A stretch of 64,000 bases of DNA from an uncultured Candidatus Rokubacteria bacterium (lineage in GTDB: Bacteria > Methylomirabilota > Methylomirabilia > Rokubacteriales > CSP1-6), in the NCBI GenBank assembly GCA_963747235.1, contig CAVVEU010000025.1, positions 1 through 64,000 on the forward strand. Reading direction: 5' to 3'. The translations under genes and the position numbers were made by a program. Under the pieces are notes generated by a model. That model saw nothing but the letters and a program-made list of their open reading frames with translations, searched no databases and was not told the origin of the DNA. The number at the start of each line of letters is the position of its first letter. Within the stretch, counting starts at the first letter, position 1. Positions 29,367 through 40,760 of the stretch are shown here, piece by piece.

Positions 29367-30251
29367 TCAAATCTCCCCCATGGTCTTCATCTCGGGCTCG
29401 AGCGTGATGCCGAAGTGGTTGCGCACCCGATCCAGCGTGAGCTGCATGAGCGCCTTGATGTCGGCGGACGCGGCGCCGCCGCGATTGACGATGAAGTTGG
29501 CGTGCTTGGCCGAGATCTCCGCGCCGTTCAGCCGCTTGCCCTTGAGGCCCACCTTCTCGATGAGCCGGGTCGCGGTCTCGCCCGGCGGGTTCTTCCACAC
29601 GCACCCCACCGAGGCCAGGGCCAGCGGCTGGGTGGACTTCTTCTGCTTGAGCCGCTGCTTGATGTCCTTCTGGATCTCCGCGAAGGGCCGCCGGTGAAGC
29701 TGCAGGCGGGCGCCGATCAGCACCGACCCGGCCGGCGCGGTGAACACGTCGTAGGTGAACGCACCGCCCGCCCCCGGCTTGAACTCCCCGAGGGTGCCGT
29801 CGGGGTACAGGAAGTACACCGCGGAGATGAAGTCCGCGATGCCGCCGTCCGGGGTGCCCGCGTTCATGGCCACCGCGCCGCCCACCGTGGCGGGCACGCC
29901 GACCAGGCACTCGATGCCGCCCAGGTTGAGCGCGGCCGCCTCGCGGATCAGCGCGGAGAGGCTCACCCCCGCGCCGGCCACCGCCTCCTCGCCGTTGAAC
30001 TCGGCGCGGCCGAGGCAGCCCTCGAGCTTGAGCACGACGCCGCGCACTCCGCGGTCGCTCACGAGCAGGTTGTTGCCGCCGCCGATCACGTCGAGCGAGA
30101 GCTGCTCCCGCTCCGCGAACGACAGCGCGAGCCGGATGTCCTCCACGTCCTGCGGGACGATGAAGATGTCCGCGGGCCCTCCGATGCGCAAGGAGGTGTG
30201 AAAGCTGAGGGGTTCCTTGAACCGGACCTCGCCTCGAATCTCTCCCAGCAT
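29367..30251 (-). CDS. murB: UDP-N-acetylenolpyruvoylglucosamine reductase
   Basis: HTSLRIGGPA, GGGNNLLV, PATVGGAVAMNAG, KHANFIVN, LEPE. Confidence 0.92.
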   Translation of the reverse strand: MLGEIRGEVRFKEPLSFHTSLRIGGPADIFIVPQDVEDIRLALSFAEREQLSLDVIGGGNNLLVSDRGVRGVVLKLEGCLGRAEFNGEEAVAGAGVSLSALIREAAALNLGGIECLVGVPATVGGAVAMNAGTPDGGIADFISAVYFLYPDGTLGEFKPGAGGAFTYDVFTAPAGSVLIGARLQLHRRPFAEIQKDIKQRLKQKKSTQPLALASVGCVWKNPPGETATRLIEKVGLKGKRLNGAEISAKHANFIVNRGGAASADIKALMQLTLDRVRNHFGITLEPEMKTMGEI

Positions 30252-30253
30252 GT

Positions 30254-31656
30254 CTATCTCCTCTTGGACGTCGTCCCGGGGTCCGGACCGAGGCGCTCGA
30301 GCAGTTCCCCGCCCAGCCGCCCCACGTCGCCCGCCCCGAGAGTGAGCACGAGATCACCCGCTCTGGTGGATTCGTACAGGTAGTCGACGATGGCCGCGCG
30401 GTCGCCGCCCAGGTAGAGCACCTCCCGGTGCCCGTGGGCCGCGATGCCGTCGGCAAGATCGCGCGCGTGGACGCCGGAAATCGGCGCCTCGCCCGCCGCA
30501 TAGATGTCCATGACGATGAGGACGTCGGACTGGTAGAACGCGGTCAGGAAGTCGTTCCACAGATGCTGCGTCCGCGAATAGCGGTGCGGCTGGAACACCG
30601 TGATCACACGACGGTCGAACCCCGCCTTGGCGGCGGCGAGGGTCGCCCGGATCTCGGCCGGGTGATGGCCGTAGTCGTCCACCACGAGCACGCCCTGGGC
30701 CTCACCCTTGATCTGGAACCGGCGCTGGACGCCCGCGAAGGAGGCGAGCGCGGTCTGGATCTTGTCGAACGGCATCTCGAGATCGAGGCCCACCGCGGCG
30801 GCGGCGAGCGCGTTCAGCACGTTGTGCCGTCCCGGGCACCTGCAGGATCACCGGCCCGAGCGACTTGCCGCGATGCACCGCCTCGAACTCCGACCGCATC
30901 CCGGCGAACGAGAGCCGCCGGGCCATCAGGTCGGCGCCCGCCTCGAGGCCGTAGGTCACCACGCGCTTCTCGATCCTCGGGATCATCCGCTGGATGTTGG
31001 GATCGTCGAGGCAGACCACCGCCGCGCCGTAGAACGGCACCTTGTTCACGAAGGTGAGGAACGCGCTCACGATCGCGTCGAGGTCGGCGTAGTGGTCCAG
31101 GTGCTCCGCGTCCACCGTGGTCACCACCGCGATGGTCGGCGAGAGCTTGAGGAACGAGCCGTCGGACTCGTCGGCCTCGGCGACCAGGAACTCGCCCTGG
31201 CCGAGCCGCGCGTTGGCGCCGAGCCCGTGCACGCGCCCGCCCACCACCACGGTGGGATCGAAGCCGCCCGCGCCCAGCACCGCCGCCACCATCGAGGTGG
31301 TCGTGGTCTTGCCGTGGGTGCCCGCGATCGCGATGCCGTACTTGAGCCGCATGAGCTCGGCGAGCATCTCGGCCCGTCCGATCACCGGAATGCCGCGCTG
31401 ACGCGCGGCCGCTACTTCCACGTTGTCGCGCGCCACCGCCGAGGAGTAGACGACGACGTGCGCGCCTTCGACGTGGCGCGGCCTCGTGGCCGAGATACAC
31501 CTTGGCCCCCAGCCGCTCGAGCCGCTCCACCGTGTCGCTCCGCCGCGCGTCGGAGCCGGTCACGCGGTAGCCGAGCGTGAGCAGCACCTCCGCGATGCCG
31601 CTCATGCCGACGCCGCCGATGCCCACGAAGTGGATGTGCTGGTACTTCTTGAACAT
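30254..31656 (-). CDS. murC: UDP-N-acetylmuramate-L-alanine ligase (frameshifts near 31472 and 30828)
   Basis: [45 protein letters not shown]. Confidence 0.94.
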
Positions 31657-32756
31657 CAGGCGGTTCTCCCATGCTGGGAGATGTTGAGGAGCACGCCCGC
31701 CGAGAACAGCGTCATCACGAGCGCCGAGCCCCCGAAGGAGATGAACGGCAGCGGCAGGCCCTTGGTCGGCAGCGCGCCCGTCACCACGCCCAGGTTCACG
31801 AGGGTCTGGGTCGCGAGCATGATGGTGAGCCCGAGCCCCAGGTAGGCGCCGAAGGCGTCGGGGGCGCGCAGGCCGACCCGCAGGCCGCGCCAGATCAGGA
31901 GCGCGAAGAGCGCGACGATCGCGGTGGCGCCCACCAGCCCCAGCTCCTCGCCGATGATCGCGAAGATGAAGTCGGTGTAGGGCTCCGGCAGGTAGAAGAG
32001 CTTCTGCTTGGAGTCGCCGAGCCCCACCCCGAGCCAGCCGCCCGAGCCCAGGGCCAGGAACGACTGGATGATCTGGAACCCGCTGCCCTGCGGATCGTCC
32101 CACGGGTTCATGAACGCGACCATGCGGCGCCACCGGTAGGGCTTCATCGCGATGGCCGCGATCACCACCGGCAGCGCGCAGCCCGCGATCGCGGCCATGT
32201 GCTGCACGCGGGCGCCCGCCATGTAGGCCAGCGCGAGCGTCAGGATGATGAGGGCCAGGCTATTGCCCAGATCCGGCTGCAGCAGGGTGAGCGCGGCCAT
32301 GCCGCCCGCCACCAGGAGGATCGGGAGCAGGCCCTCGGTGAAGCGCGCGATGACCTCCTGCCGCCGGGTGAGGAACGAGGCCAGGTAGAGCACGAGCGAG
32401 AACTTGGCCAGCTCCACCGGCTGGAAGGAGACCGGCCCCACGTGGAACCAGCGCCGCGTGCCGTTGATGGACTGGCCGAACGGCGGCACCAGCACCAGCA
32501 CGAGCAGAGCGAACGAGAGGACGAGCAGCGGGATCACGAGCCGCTCGAGCCAGCGGTAGTCGAGCAGCATCCCGGCCCAGAGGCAGCCGAGCCCGAGCAC
32601 CGCCCAGAAGAGCTGCTTCTTGAGGAAGAAGAACGGATCGTGGAAGCGGTCCGCGGCCACGATCGCGCTCGCGGAGTAGACCATGACCACGCCCACGCAC
32701 ACGAGGGTCACCACCACCCCGAAGAGCGGCAGGTCGGGCGTGAGCTTGCGGGGCAT
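31656..32756 (-). CDS. ftsW: Peptidoglycan glycosyltransferase FtsW (SEDS)
   Basis: [45 protein letters not shown]. Confidence 0.95.
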   Translation of the reverse strand: MPRKLTPDLPLFGVVVTLVCVGVVMVYSASAIVAADRFHDPFFFLKKQLFWAVLGLGCLWAGMLLDYRWLERLVIPLLVLSFALLVLVLVPPFGQSINGTRRWFHVGPVSFQPVELAKFSLVLYLASFLTRRQEVIARFTEGLLPILLVAGGMAALTLLQPDLGNSLALIILTLALAYMAGARVQHMAAIAGCALPVVIAAIAMKPYRWRRMVAFMNPWDDPQGSGFQIIQSFLALGSGGWLGVGLGDSKQKLFYLPEPYTDFIFAIIGEELGLVGATAIVALFALLIWRGLRVGLRAPDAFGAYLGLGLTIMLATQTLVNLGVVTGALPTKGLPLPFISFGGSALVMTLFSAGVLLNISQHGRTA

Positions 32757-34208
32757 CAGCCGAGCAGCGCCCGCACCACGGACTTGAAGACGTCGCCGCG
32801 GTGCTCGAAGTTGCGGAACATGTCGAACGACGCGCACGCGGGCGAGAGCAGCACCACGTCGCCCACCTGGGCCGCCTCGCGCGCGCGGCGGACCGCGTCG
32901 TCCATGGACTCCGCGTCCTCCGCGGGAATCCCGGCGGGCTCGAGCGCGGCGCGGATCCGGACGCGGTCCTGGCCGATGAGGATCGCGCGGCGCACCCGGC
33001 CGCGGGCCGCCTCCGCGAGCGGGCCGAAGTCCTGGCCCTTGCCCTTGCCGCCCGCGATCAGGATCACCGGCTCGGTGAAGCTCTCGAGCGCCTTGATCGT
33101 CGAGTCCACGTTGGTGCCCTTGGAGTCGTTGTAGTAGACGACCCCGCGGTCGTCGTGCACCCGCTCGATGCGGTGGGGCACCCCGCGGAAGGCCGCGATG
33201 CCGCGCCGGATCGAGGACGGCGACATGCCGGTCCAGAGCGCGCACGCGGTGGCCGCGAGCACGTTCTCCACGTTGTGCTGGCCGCGCAGCGTGATCTCGG
33301 TGACCGGGCAGATGCGCTCGGTGCTGCCGTTGAGCTTGGCCACGATCCAGCCGTCGTAGATGAAGACGCCGTGGCTATTGGTCAGGGTGGTGAGCCGGCT
33401 GAACCAGATCACCCGCCCGCGCGCGCGGCTCCCGAGCCCGGCGGTGACCGGGTCGTCCGCGTTCAGCACCACGCAGTCGGTGGGCGGTCTGGTTGGCGAA
33501 GATCCGCGCCTTGGCGTCCACGTAGCGCTCGAAGGTCCCGTGCCGGTCCAGGTGGTCGGGCGTGATGTTCAGGATCGCGGCGACGCGCGGGCGGAAGCGG
33601 TCGACCGCGTCGAGCTGAAAGCTCGACACCTCCGCTATGACGATGCCGTCGCCCGGGAACTCGAGCGCGTGCTCGGCGAGGGGCGTCCCGATGTTGCCGC
33701 CCACCAGCACCGGGCGCACCTGGGTGCGCAGCAGCTCGCCGGTCAGCGCGGTGGTCGTGGTCTTGCCGTTGGTGCCGGTGATCGCGATGACGTCGGCCTC
33801 CATCACCCGCCACGCCAGCTCGAGCTCGCCGATGATGGGCACCCCGCGGGCGCGCATCGCGACGAGCGCGGGCAGCTCGAGCGGCACCCCCGGGCTCACC
33901 ACCACCAGCTCCGCCCCGAGAAACGCGGCGTCGGGATGGCCGCCCGTCCAGAGCGCGCACCCGAGCTGCTCGAGCCCGCGGGCGTCCAGGGGCAGCGCCT
34001 CGAGCGGGCTCGAGTCGGAGGCGAGCACGCGGCCGCCGAGGCGGCGGATCAGCCGGGCCGCCGCCACCCCGCTCTTGGCCAGCCCCACCACCGAGACGGT
34101 CTTCTCGGCAAGCGACCGCCGGTAGATTGCGCCCCGCTCGCCGTTACCGCTCACGAAGATTCCAGTGGGATACGGAACGTCCCGTCGCAACGTGATCGTG
34201 ATGGCCAT
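32756..34208 (-). CDS. murD: UDP-MurNAc-L-Ala-D-glutamate ligase (frameshift near 33481; start uncertain)
   Basis: VGLAKSG, VVSPG, TGTNGKTTT, EVSSFQL, DHLDRH, NDSKGTN, SPACASFD. Confidence 0.94.
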
Positions 34209-34219
34209 TGCATGTCACC

Positions 34220-35303
34220 CTAGCGGAGCTTGAGGGTGGTGAGCGCCAGCAACGCGAGCATGAACGACAGGATCCAGAAGCGGACGATGATCTTGGGCTC
34301 CGCCCAGCCCTTGATCTCGTAGTGATGGTGTAACGGCGCCATCTTGAAGACCCGCTTCCCGGTCAGCTTGAACGAGCCCACCTGGATGATGACCGACGCC
34401 GCCTCCACCACGTAGATGCCGCCGATGAGCGGCAGCAGGAGCTCCGACTTGGTGAGCACCGCGAGCGTCCCGATGGCCCCGCCCAGCGCCAGCGAGCCCA
34501 CGTCGCCCATGAACACCTGCGCCGGGTAGCTGTTGAACCAGAGGAAGCCGAGCGCCGCGCCCACCAGGGCGCCGCAGAAGATCGTCAGCTCGCCGGTGCC
34601 CTTGACGTTGAGGATGCGCAGGTACTCGGCGGCCCGGAAGTTGCCGGTGAGGTACGCGATCACCGCGAAGGCCCCGCCCGCGGTCACGATCGGGCCGATG
34701 GCGAGGCCGTCGAGCCCGTCGGTCAGGTTCACCGCGTTGGAGGCCCCCACGATCACCAGGATCGCGAAGGGGATCCACAGCCAGCCGAACGTGAGGAGCC
34801 AGCCCTTGAAGAACGGGATCACGACGCTGGTGGTGAAGCCGTCGGCCGGCCACCAGTAGAGAAATCGCCATCAGGGCCCCCACCAGCACGATCTGGGCGC
34901 CGAACTTCTCCTTCGCCGAGATGCCCCGCCGGGTCTTGAGCTTCTTCCAGTCGTCCTTCAGCCCGATCAGGCCCAGGCCCACGGTGGCCAGCATCAGCAC
35001 CCACATGTAGCGGTTGCGCAGGTTGGCCCACAGGAGCGTCGACACCAGGATCGCCACCAGGATCCCGATGCCGCCCATGGTGGGCGTGCCCGCCTTGGTC
35101 TTCTGGTGCCGCTCCGGCGTGTCCTCGCGGACCGAGCTCTCCCCGTGCTGCATCTGGCGCAGCCGGTTGATCAGCCACGGCCCCAGCAGGAAGGAGATCA
35201 CCAGGGCGGTGACCGTCGCCATCGCGGTCCGGAAGGTGATGTACCGGAACACGTTGAACGCGGTGTTGTACTTCGCGAGCGGCACGAGGAGCTCGTAGAG
35301 CAC
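34220..35303 (-). CDS. mraY: Phospho-N-acetylmuramoyl-pentapeptide transferase (frameshift near 34861)
   Basis: [35 protein letters not shown]. Confidence 0.95.
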
Positions 35304-36694
35304 TAGCCACTCACTCCTCCGAAGCGCGCCACGAGCGCGTCCACGACGCGCTCCATGCGCATGCCCCGGGAACCCTTGACGAGCACCGCGTCGCCGGGCG
35401 CGAGCCGCTTGAGCAGCAGCGCCACCGTATCCTCGAACGTGGTCACGTGATGGCTCTCCGCGAGCCCGGCCTGCCGCGCCGCCTCCACCGCGGTCTGCGC
35501 CCAGCGCCCCATCCCGACGAACTCGGCCGCGCCCGACGCGGCGACCGCGCGGCCCATGTCGCGATGCGCGGCCTCGCTGATCTCGCCCAGCTCGAGCATG
35601 TCGCCCAGCACCACCACCCGCCGCCGCGCGTCGGTGGCGGCGCCCAGCGTGGCCAGCGCCGCGCTCACCGAGCTCGGGTTGGCGTTGTAGGTGTCGTCGA
35701 GGATGCGCAGCGCCCCCGCGCGCCGCCAGACGCAGCGGCCCTTGGCCGGGCGCGCGGCCTCGAGCCCGCGGGCGACCTGCTCGAGGGTGAGGCCCAGCGC
35801 GAGGCCGATCCCGGCCGCGGCGAGCGCGTTGATCACGTTGTGCCGCCCCGCGAAGTGCAGCCGCACCGGCCGCTTGGCGGTGCCGGCGCCGAGCGTGAAG
35901 CGCAGCCCGTCGCCGTCGTCCGCGGCCGGCCCCACCGCGAAGACGTCGGCCCCGGGACGCGTGCCGAAGTAGAGCACCCGCGCCCGGCTCTGCGTGTGCA
36001 TGGCGAGCACCCGCGGGTCGTCGGCGTTGAGCACGACCGCGCCGTCGGGCGGGATCGCGCGCACCAGCGCGCTCTTCTCCTCGGCCACGCCGTCGAGCGA
36101 GCCGAAGAACTCCATGTGGGCGCTCGAGACCACCGTGACCGCGCCCACCGTGGGCCGGCAGATCGCGGCGAGCGAGGCGATCTCGCCCGGCGTGTTCGCC
36201 CCCAGCTCCAGCGCGAGCGCCTTGTGCTCCGGCCCCAGGCGCAGCAGCGTCAACGGCAATCCCCACTGATTGTTGAAGCTGCCCTCCGGCTTGAGCACCG
36301 GGCCGAGCGCGCCCAGGACCGCCGCCATCATCTCCTTGGTCGTGGTCTTGCCGTTGCTGCCCGTCACCGCGGCCACCGGCACCGTGAAGCGCGCCCGGTG
36401 ATAGGCGGCCAGCCGTCCCAGCGCGCGCGTGGTGTCGTCCACCAGGATGGTGGGCACCGAGGGCGGCAGATCATCCGGCAGGTTGTGGACGACCAGGCAC
36501 GCCGCGCCCCGCGCCGCCGCGTCGCGCAGGAAGCCGTGGCCGTCGCGGTTCGGGCCGCGGATGGCGAAGAAGGCCTCGCCGATGGCCAGGTGGCGGCTGT
36601 CGATGCTGACGCCGGTGACGGGCACGCCGAGGTCGCCCGCCACGAGGGCGCCCTGGGTGCCGCGGACCACGTCCTCGATGCTCAGCCCCGCCAC
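35303..36694 (-). CDS. murF: UDP-MurNAc-tripeptide-D-Ala-D-Ala ligase
   Basis: SIDSR, TGSNGKTTTKE, FNNQWGLP, DDTYNANP, LGDMLELG, VKGSRG. Confidence 0.94.
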   Translation of the reverse strand: MAGLSIEDVVRGTQGALVAGDLGVPVTGVSIDSRHLAIGEAFFAIRGPNRDGHGFLRDAAARGAACLVVHNLPDDLPPSVPTILVDDTTRALGRLAAYHRARFTVPVAAVTGSNGKTTTKEMMAAVLGALGPVLKPEGSFNNQWGLPLTLLRLGPEHKALALELGANTPGEIASLAAICRPTVGAVTVVSSAHMEFFGSLDGVAEEKSALVRAIPPDGAVVLNADDPRVLAMHTQSRARVLYFGTRPGADVFAVGPAADDGDGLRFTLGAGTAKRPVRLHFAGRHNVINALAAAGIGLALGLTLEQVARGLEAARPAKGRCVWRRAGALRILDDTYNANPSSVSAALATLGAATDARRRVVVLGDMLELGEISEAAHRDMGRAVAASGAAEFVGMGRWAQTAVEAARQAGLAESHHVTTFEDTVALLLKRLAPGDAVLVKGSRGMRMERVVDALVARFGGVSG

Positions 36695-38218
36695 GCCTGC
36701 CCTCCCGCTCCCCCGCGCGCCCGCAGCGCGGTCCGCGCCACCTCGCGGTCGTCGAAGTCGTGCGACTCGGTGCCGATGATCTGGTAGGTCTCGTGCCCCT
36801 TCCCCGCGATCACCACCACGTCGCCCTCGCGCCCCCAGGCGACCGCGGCCTCGATGGCGCGGCGGCGATCGGCCATGGACTCGTGCCGCCCCGCGGCCGC
36901 GGCCGGGATGCCGGTCTCGATCTCGGCCAGGATCGCCTCGGGCCGCTCGGTGCGCGGGTTGTCGGAGGTCACCCAGGCGAAGTCGCCCAGGCGCGCCGCG
37001 ATGCCGCCCATGATCGGGCGCTTGCCGCGGTCGCGGTCGCCGCCGCAGCCGAAGACCACGCCGAGGCGCCCGCCCGGACGCAGCAGCTTGCGCGCCGTCG
37101 TGAGCACGCGCTCCAGCGCGTCGGGCGTGTGCGCGTAGTCCACCACCACCAGGAAGGGCTGGCCGGCTTCCACGCGCTCGAACCGGCCGGGCACCGTCGC
37201 CACCCGGGAGAGCGTCTCGCCGATCCGTCGCGGCTCCATGTCCAGAGCGAGTCCGACGCCGATGGCCCCCAGGAGATTCATCACGTTGTGCTCGCCCACG
37301 AGGGGCGAGACGATCTCGATGGGCCCCTTGGACGACACGACCTCGAGGCGGATGCCGTCCATGCCGGATTCCCAGCGGCGCGGCCGCAGCTAGGGCCTGG
37401 CCGTGCAGGCCGAAGGTGATCGGCCGCACGCGCGGATCGGCGGCCGCCGCGGCCAGCATGGCCGCGCCCGCCGGATCGTCCGTGTTCACCACCGCGGCGC
37501 GATAGGGCTTGCGGCTTCCCGCCAGCAGGGTGAAGAGCCGGGCCTTGGCGTCGCGGTAGGCCTCGAGCGTGCGGTGGAAGTCGAGGTGGTCCTGGGTCAG
37601 GTTGGTGAAGACGGCCACGTCGAACTCGATCCCGTCCACGCGGGAGAGCGCCAGGGCGTGCGAGGAGACCTCCATCGCGGCGCCGCCGACGCCGACGCGC
37701 ACCATGCGCGCCAGCAGCGACTGCAGCTCGAGGGCCTCGGGCGTGGTCTGGCTGGCCGTCTCGGCCTGGTCGCCGACGCGATACTGGATCGTGCCGATGA
37801 CGCCGGTGGGCCGCCCGCCCGCGCCCAGCAGGGCCTCCACGAGCAGCGACGTGGTGGTCTTGCCGTTCGTGCCGGTGATGGCGACCACGGTGAGCCGCCG
37901 CGAGGGATGGCCGTGGTAGGCATCCGCCAGCCGCGCGAGGGCCTCGCGCGACGACGGCACGATGATGCGTGGCGTCGCGCTGCCCGGCAGCGGGTCGGCG
38001 CCCTCCGCGACGACCACGGCCGCGCCCCGCCCGACCGCGTCGGCGGCGAAGCGCCGACCGTCCTGCTTGAAGCCGGAGATGGCCACGAAGAGCTCGCCCG
38101 GCGCGACTTTACGAGAATCGTACGCGACACCCGTCACGCGGCCGGGCAGGGTGCCCAGTACCGTCTTGTCCGGCAGCGCCTCGAGCAGCGTGGTGGTGGG
38201 CACGGCGGCGTCGCTCAT
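36682..38218 (-). CDS. murE: UDP-MurNAc-dipeptide-diaminopimelate ligase (frameshift near 37390)
   Basis: TGTNGKTT, MEVSSH, DHLDFH, DYAHTPDA, DNPR (mDAP-type), AGKGHE. Confidence 0.94.
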
Positions 38219-38222
38219 GTCC

Positions 38223-40289
38223 TCACGGCTGGAGGCTCGCGGCCAGCGTGGCATGGCCGGCGTGGCCCGCGCGCCCGGCCGGGGGCGCGAGCTGGAGCCG
38301 GCACATCGCGCCCGAGGCGAGCGGGGCGCCGGGCAGCGGCGTCTGGCCGGTCACGACGCCGCGGCCCGTGATCTCGAGGCGCACGTCGAAGGGCGCAAGG
38401 GCTTCCATGGCCTGGCGGAGCGAGAGGCCGGCCAGGCGCGGCATCACGGCCTGGGCGTCGCCCATCGGGGCGGGCGGCTCCGGAGCCAGGCCGACTGCCA
38501 GAGCGGGAGCGCCGGGCTCCGCGGATGCACCGGCGGCGCGCGGGCCGGCGGGCGTGGAGGCGACGATCTCGCCGCGCACGATCGGCACCGGGCTGCTGTC
38601 GCGCGGGGGCACGTTGAGGTAGCGCAGGGCCTCGCGGCCGATCGCGGCGAACATGGGCGCGGCCGCCTCGCTACCCCACTTCTCGTTCTTGGGCTCGTCG
38701 AGCAGGACGATCATGGTGAGCCGCGGGTCGTCGGCGGGCACGAACCCCACGAAGGAGAGCACACCGGGCGCGCGCGAGTAGCGCTTGGTCGCCGGGTCCA
38801 TCTTCTGGGCGGTGCCGGTCTTGCCCGCCACGTCGTAGCCGGGGATCGCCGCGTGGCGACCGGTCCCGTTGGCCACCACGTTCACCATCATCTCGGTCAG
38901 CGTGCGCGCGGTCTCCGGGCTGATGACCTGGCGCACCGTCTTGGGCTCGAAGGAGCGGATCTCGCGCCCCTGCGCGTCCACCACCGCGCGGATGATCTGC
39001 GGCTGCATGAGCCGGCCGCCGTTGGCCACCGCGGAGAACGCGGCGATCATCTGCACCGCGGTCACCGAGATCTCCTGGCCGATGGACATGGTGGCGAGCG
39101 AGAGGCCCGACCACTGCGCGGGCGGGCGGAGCTGGCCGCGGCTCTCGCCGGGCAGGCCCAGGTTGGTGGGCGCCCCGAAGCCGAACGCGGTCATGTACTT
39201 GTAGTACCGCTCCTTGCCGATCTGCATGCCGACCTTGATCGAGCCCACGTTGGAGGAGTTCTGGAGCACCTCGGTGAAGGTGAGCCAGCCGTACTTCTTC
39301 CAGTCGTGGATGGTCGCGTTGGCGATCGTGATCGCCCCGTTCTCGCCGAAGATCCGGTCGGTGGGACGGACGACGCCTTCTTCCAGCGCGGAGGCGGCCA
39401 TGATCACCTTGAAGGTGGAGCCGGGCTCGAACGGGTCGGTGACCGCGCGGACGCGCCGGTCGTCGTCGGTGGCGGCCGCGAAGGCGTTCGGGTTGTAGGT
39501 GGGGCGGATCGCCATCGCGAGGATCTCACCGGTGCGCGGGTCCATCGCCACCGCCATCGCCGACTTGGCCCGCGTGCGCCGCCACGCCGCGTCCACTTCC
39601 TTCTCGGCCAGGTACTGCAGCGTGGCGTCGATGGTGAGCATGATCCCCTGCCCCGCCACCGACGGCTTGAGCACGATGGGCGCGCCGGTCACCTCGCGGC
39701 CGAGCGCGTCGCGCTCGACGACCGCGCGGCCCTCGACACCGGCCAGGTGCCCGTCCCACATCTGCTCCATGCCCGCGAGCCCCTTGCCCTCCGCGCCCTC
39801 GAAGCCGATGAGCTGCGCGGCGAGCTCGCGGTTCGGGTAGAGGCGCAGGCTGTCTTCCACCAGCGTGAGCGAGGGGTCCTTCAGGTCGCGCACCGCGCGC
39901 GCCATGTCCGGGGTGAGGCGGCGCCGCACCGGGGCGAACTTCTTCGACACCGTGAGCTTGCGGGCGATGTCACGCGCGGGCTCGCCCAGGATCGGGGCCA
40001 GGCGCGCCGCGAGACGCCCCGCGTCTTCCACCTTCCCCGGCGCGACGTAGAGGGCGTCGGCGCGGGAGGAGACCGCGAGGGCCTGGCCGCCGCGGTCGAG
40101 GATCGGCCCGCGCTTGGGCCGGAGCGGCACCGTCTTGGCGTGCTGGTTCTCCGCGAGGCGCGCGTACTCGTCGTGCTTCCAGACTTGCAGATAGGCCAGG
40201 CGGCCGAGGATGCCGATGAAGGCGAGGGCCAGGCACGCCGCGAAGATCAGCGTCCGGGTTCTCAGGCCCTCGATGCGGATCTCGGTCAT
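38223..40289 (-). CDS. ftsI: Class B penicillin-binding protein FtsI with C-terminal PASTA
   Basis: RGPILDR, EPGSTFK, SSN, KTGT, PASTA (VMPRLAGLSLRQA). Confidence 0.94.
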   Translation of the reverse strand: MTEIRIEGLRTRTLIFAACLALAFIGILGRLAYLQVWKHDEYARLAENQHAKTVPLRPKRGPILDRGGQALAVSSRADALYVAPGKVEDAGRLAARLAPILGEPARDIARKLTVSKKFAPVRRRLTPDMARAVRDLKDPSLTLVEDSLRLYPNRELAAQLIGFEGAEGKGLAGMEQMWDGHLAGVEGRAVVERDALGREVTGAPIVLKPSVAGQGIMLTIDATLQYLAEKEVDAAWRRTRAKSAMAVAMDPRTGEILAMAIRPTYNPNAFAAATDDDRRVRAVTDPFEPGSTFKVIMAASALEEGVVRPTDRIFGENGAITIANATIHDWKKYGWLTFTEVLQNSSNVGSIKVGMQIGKERYYKYMTAFGFGAPTNLGLPGESRGQLRPPAQWSGLSLATMSIGQEISVTAVQMIAAFSAVANGGRLMQPQIIRAVVDAQGREIRSFEPKTVRQVISPETARTLTEMMVNVVANGTGRHAAIPGYDVAGKTGTAQKMDPATKRYSRAPGVLSFVGFVPADDPRLTMIVLLDEPKNEKWGSEAAAPMFAAIGREALRYLNVPPRDSSPVPIVRGEIVASTPAGPRAAGASAEPGAPALAVGLAPEPPAPMGDAQAVMPRLAGLSLRQAMEALAPFDVRLEITGRGVVTGQTPLPGAPLASGAMCRLQLAPPAGRAGHAGHATLAASLQP

Positions 40290-40298
40290 GCGGTCCCG

Positions 40299-40760
40299 CT
40301 AGCGCACTCCGACGTCACGCGGTACGGGGCGCTCGGCCACCACCGACGGCCGGTCGAGCGCGGTCGCGCCCCGGCCGCCCGGGACGAACTCGCGGGCGAG
40401 GCGAACCTGGTCGCGCGCGGGCGCCACCATGCCGAGCTCGGTGCGGGCCTTGCCCTCGATGCGCGCGAGCGACTTGAGCGTGGCCATCTCCACCCGCAGC
40501 CGGCGATTGAGCTCCTCGGCCTCGGTCCGGCTGCCGCGGAGCGCGTCCAGCCGGTAGGACAGACGCACCTGCTGCACGCGCAGCCCCACCACGCCCAGGA
40601 TCAGCACCACGGCCAGGCCCGCGCCGACCACCGCGGTGGCCATCGAGCGGAGCCGGCGCCGGTCGTTCTGGCGATGACGCCGCACCGCCTCCGGCTGCCG
40701 GGCGCGGTGCTCGCGCCCCCACGCGGACTGGGGCACGCTGCGGGCCGCCCGGGCGCTCAT
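40299..40760 (-). CDS. ftsL: Cell division protein FtsL
   Basis: Single TM plus leucine zipper (LRVEMATLKSLARIEGKARTELGM); located between rsmH and ftsI. Confidence 0.85.
   Translation of the reverse strand: MSARAARSVPQSAWGREHRARQPEAVRRHRQNDRRRLRSMATAVVGAGLAVVLILGVVGLRVQQVRLSYRLDALRGSRTEAEELNRRLRVEMATLKSLARIEGKARTELGMVAPARDQVRLAREFVPGGRGATALDRPSVVAERPVPRDVGVR

Noticed and set aside
35303-38254. 983-aa MurE-MurF fusion ORF
   Set aside because: Artefact of the murE frameshift near 37390. The real MurE C-terminus is in another frame and stops at 36682; the joining segment is not protein-like.
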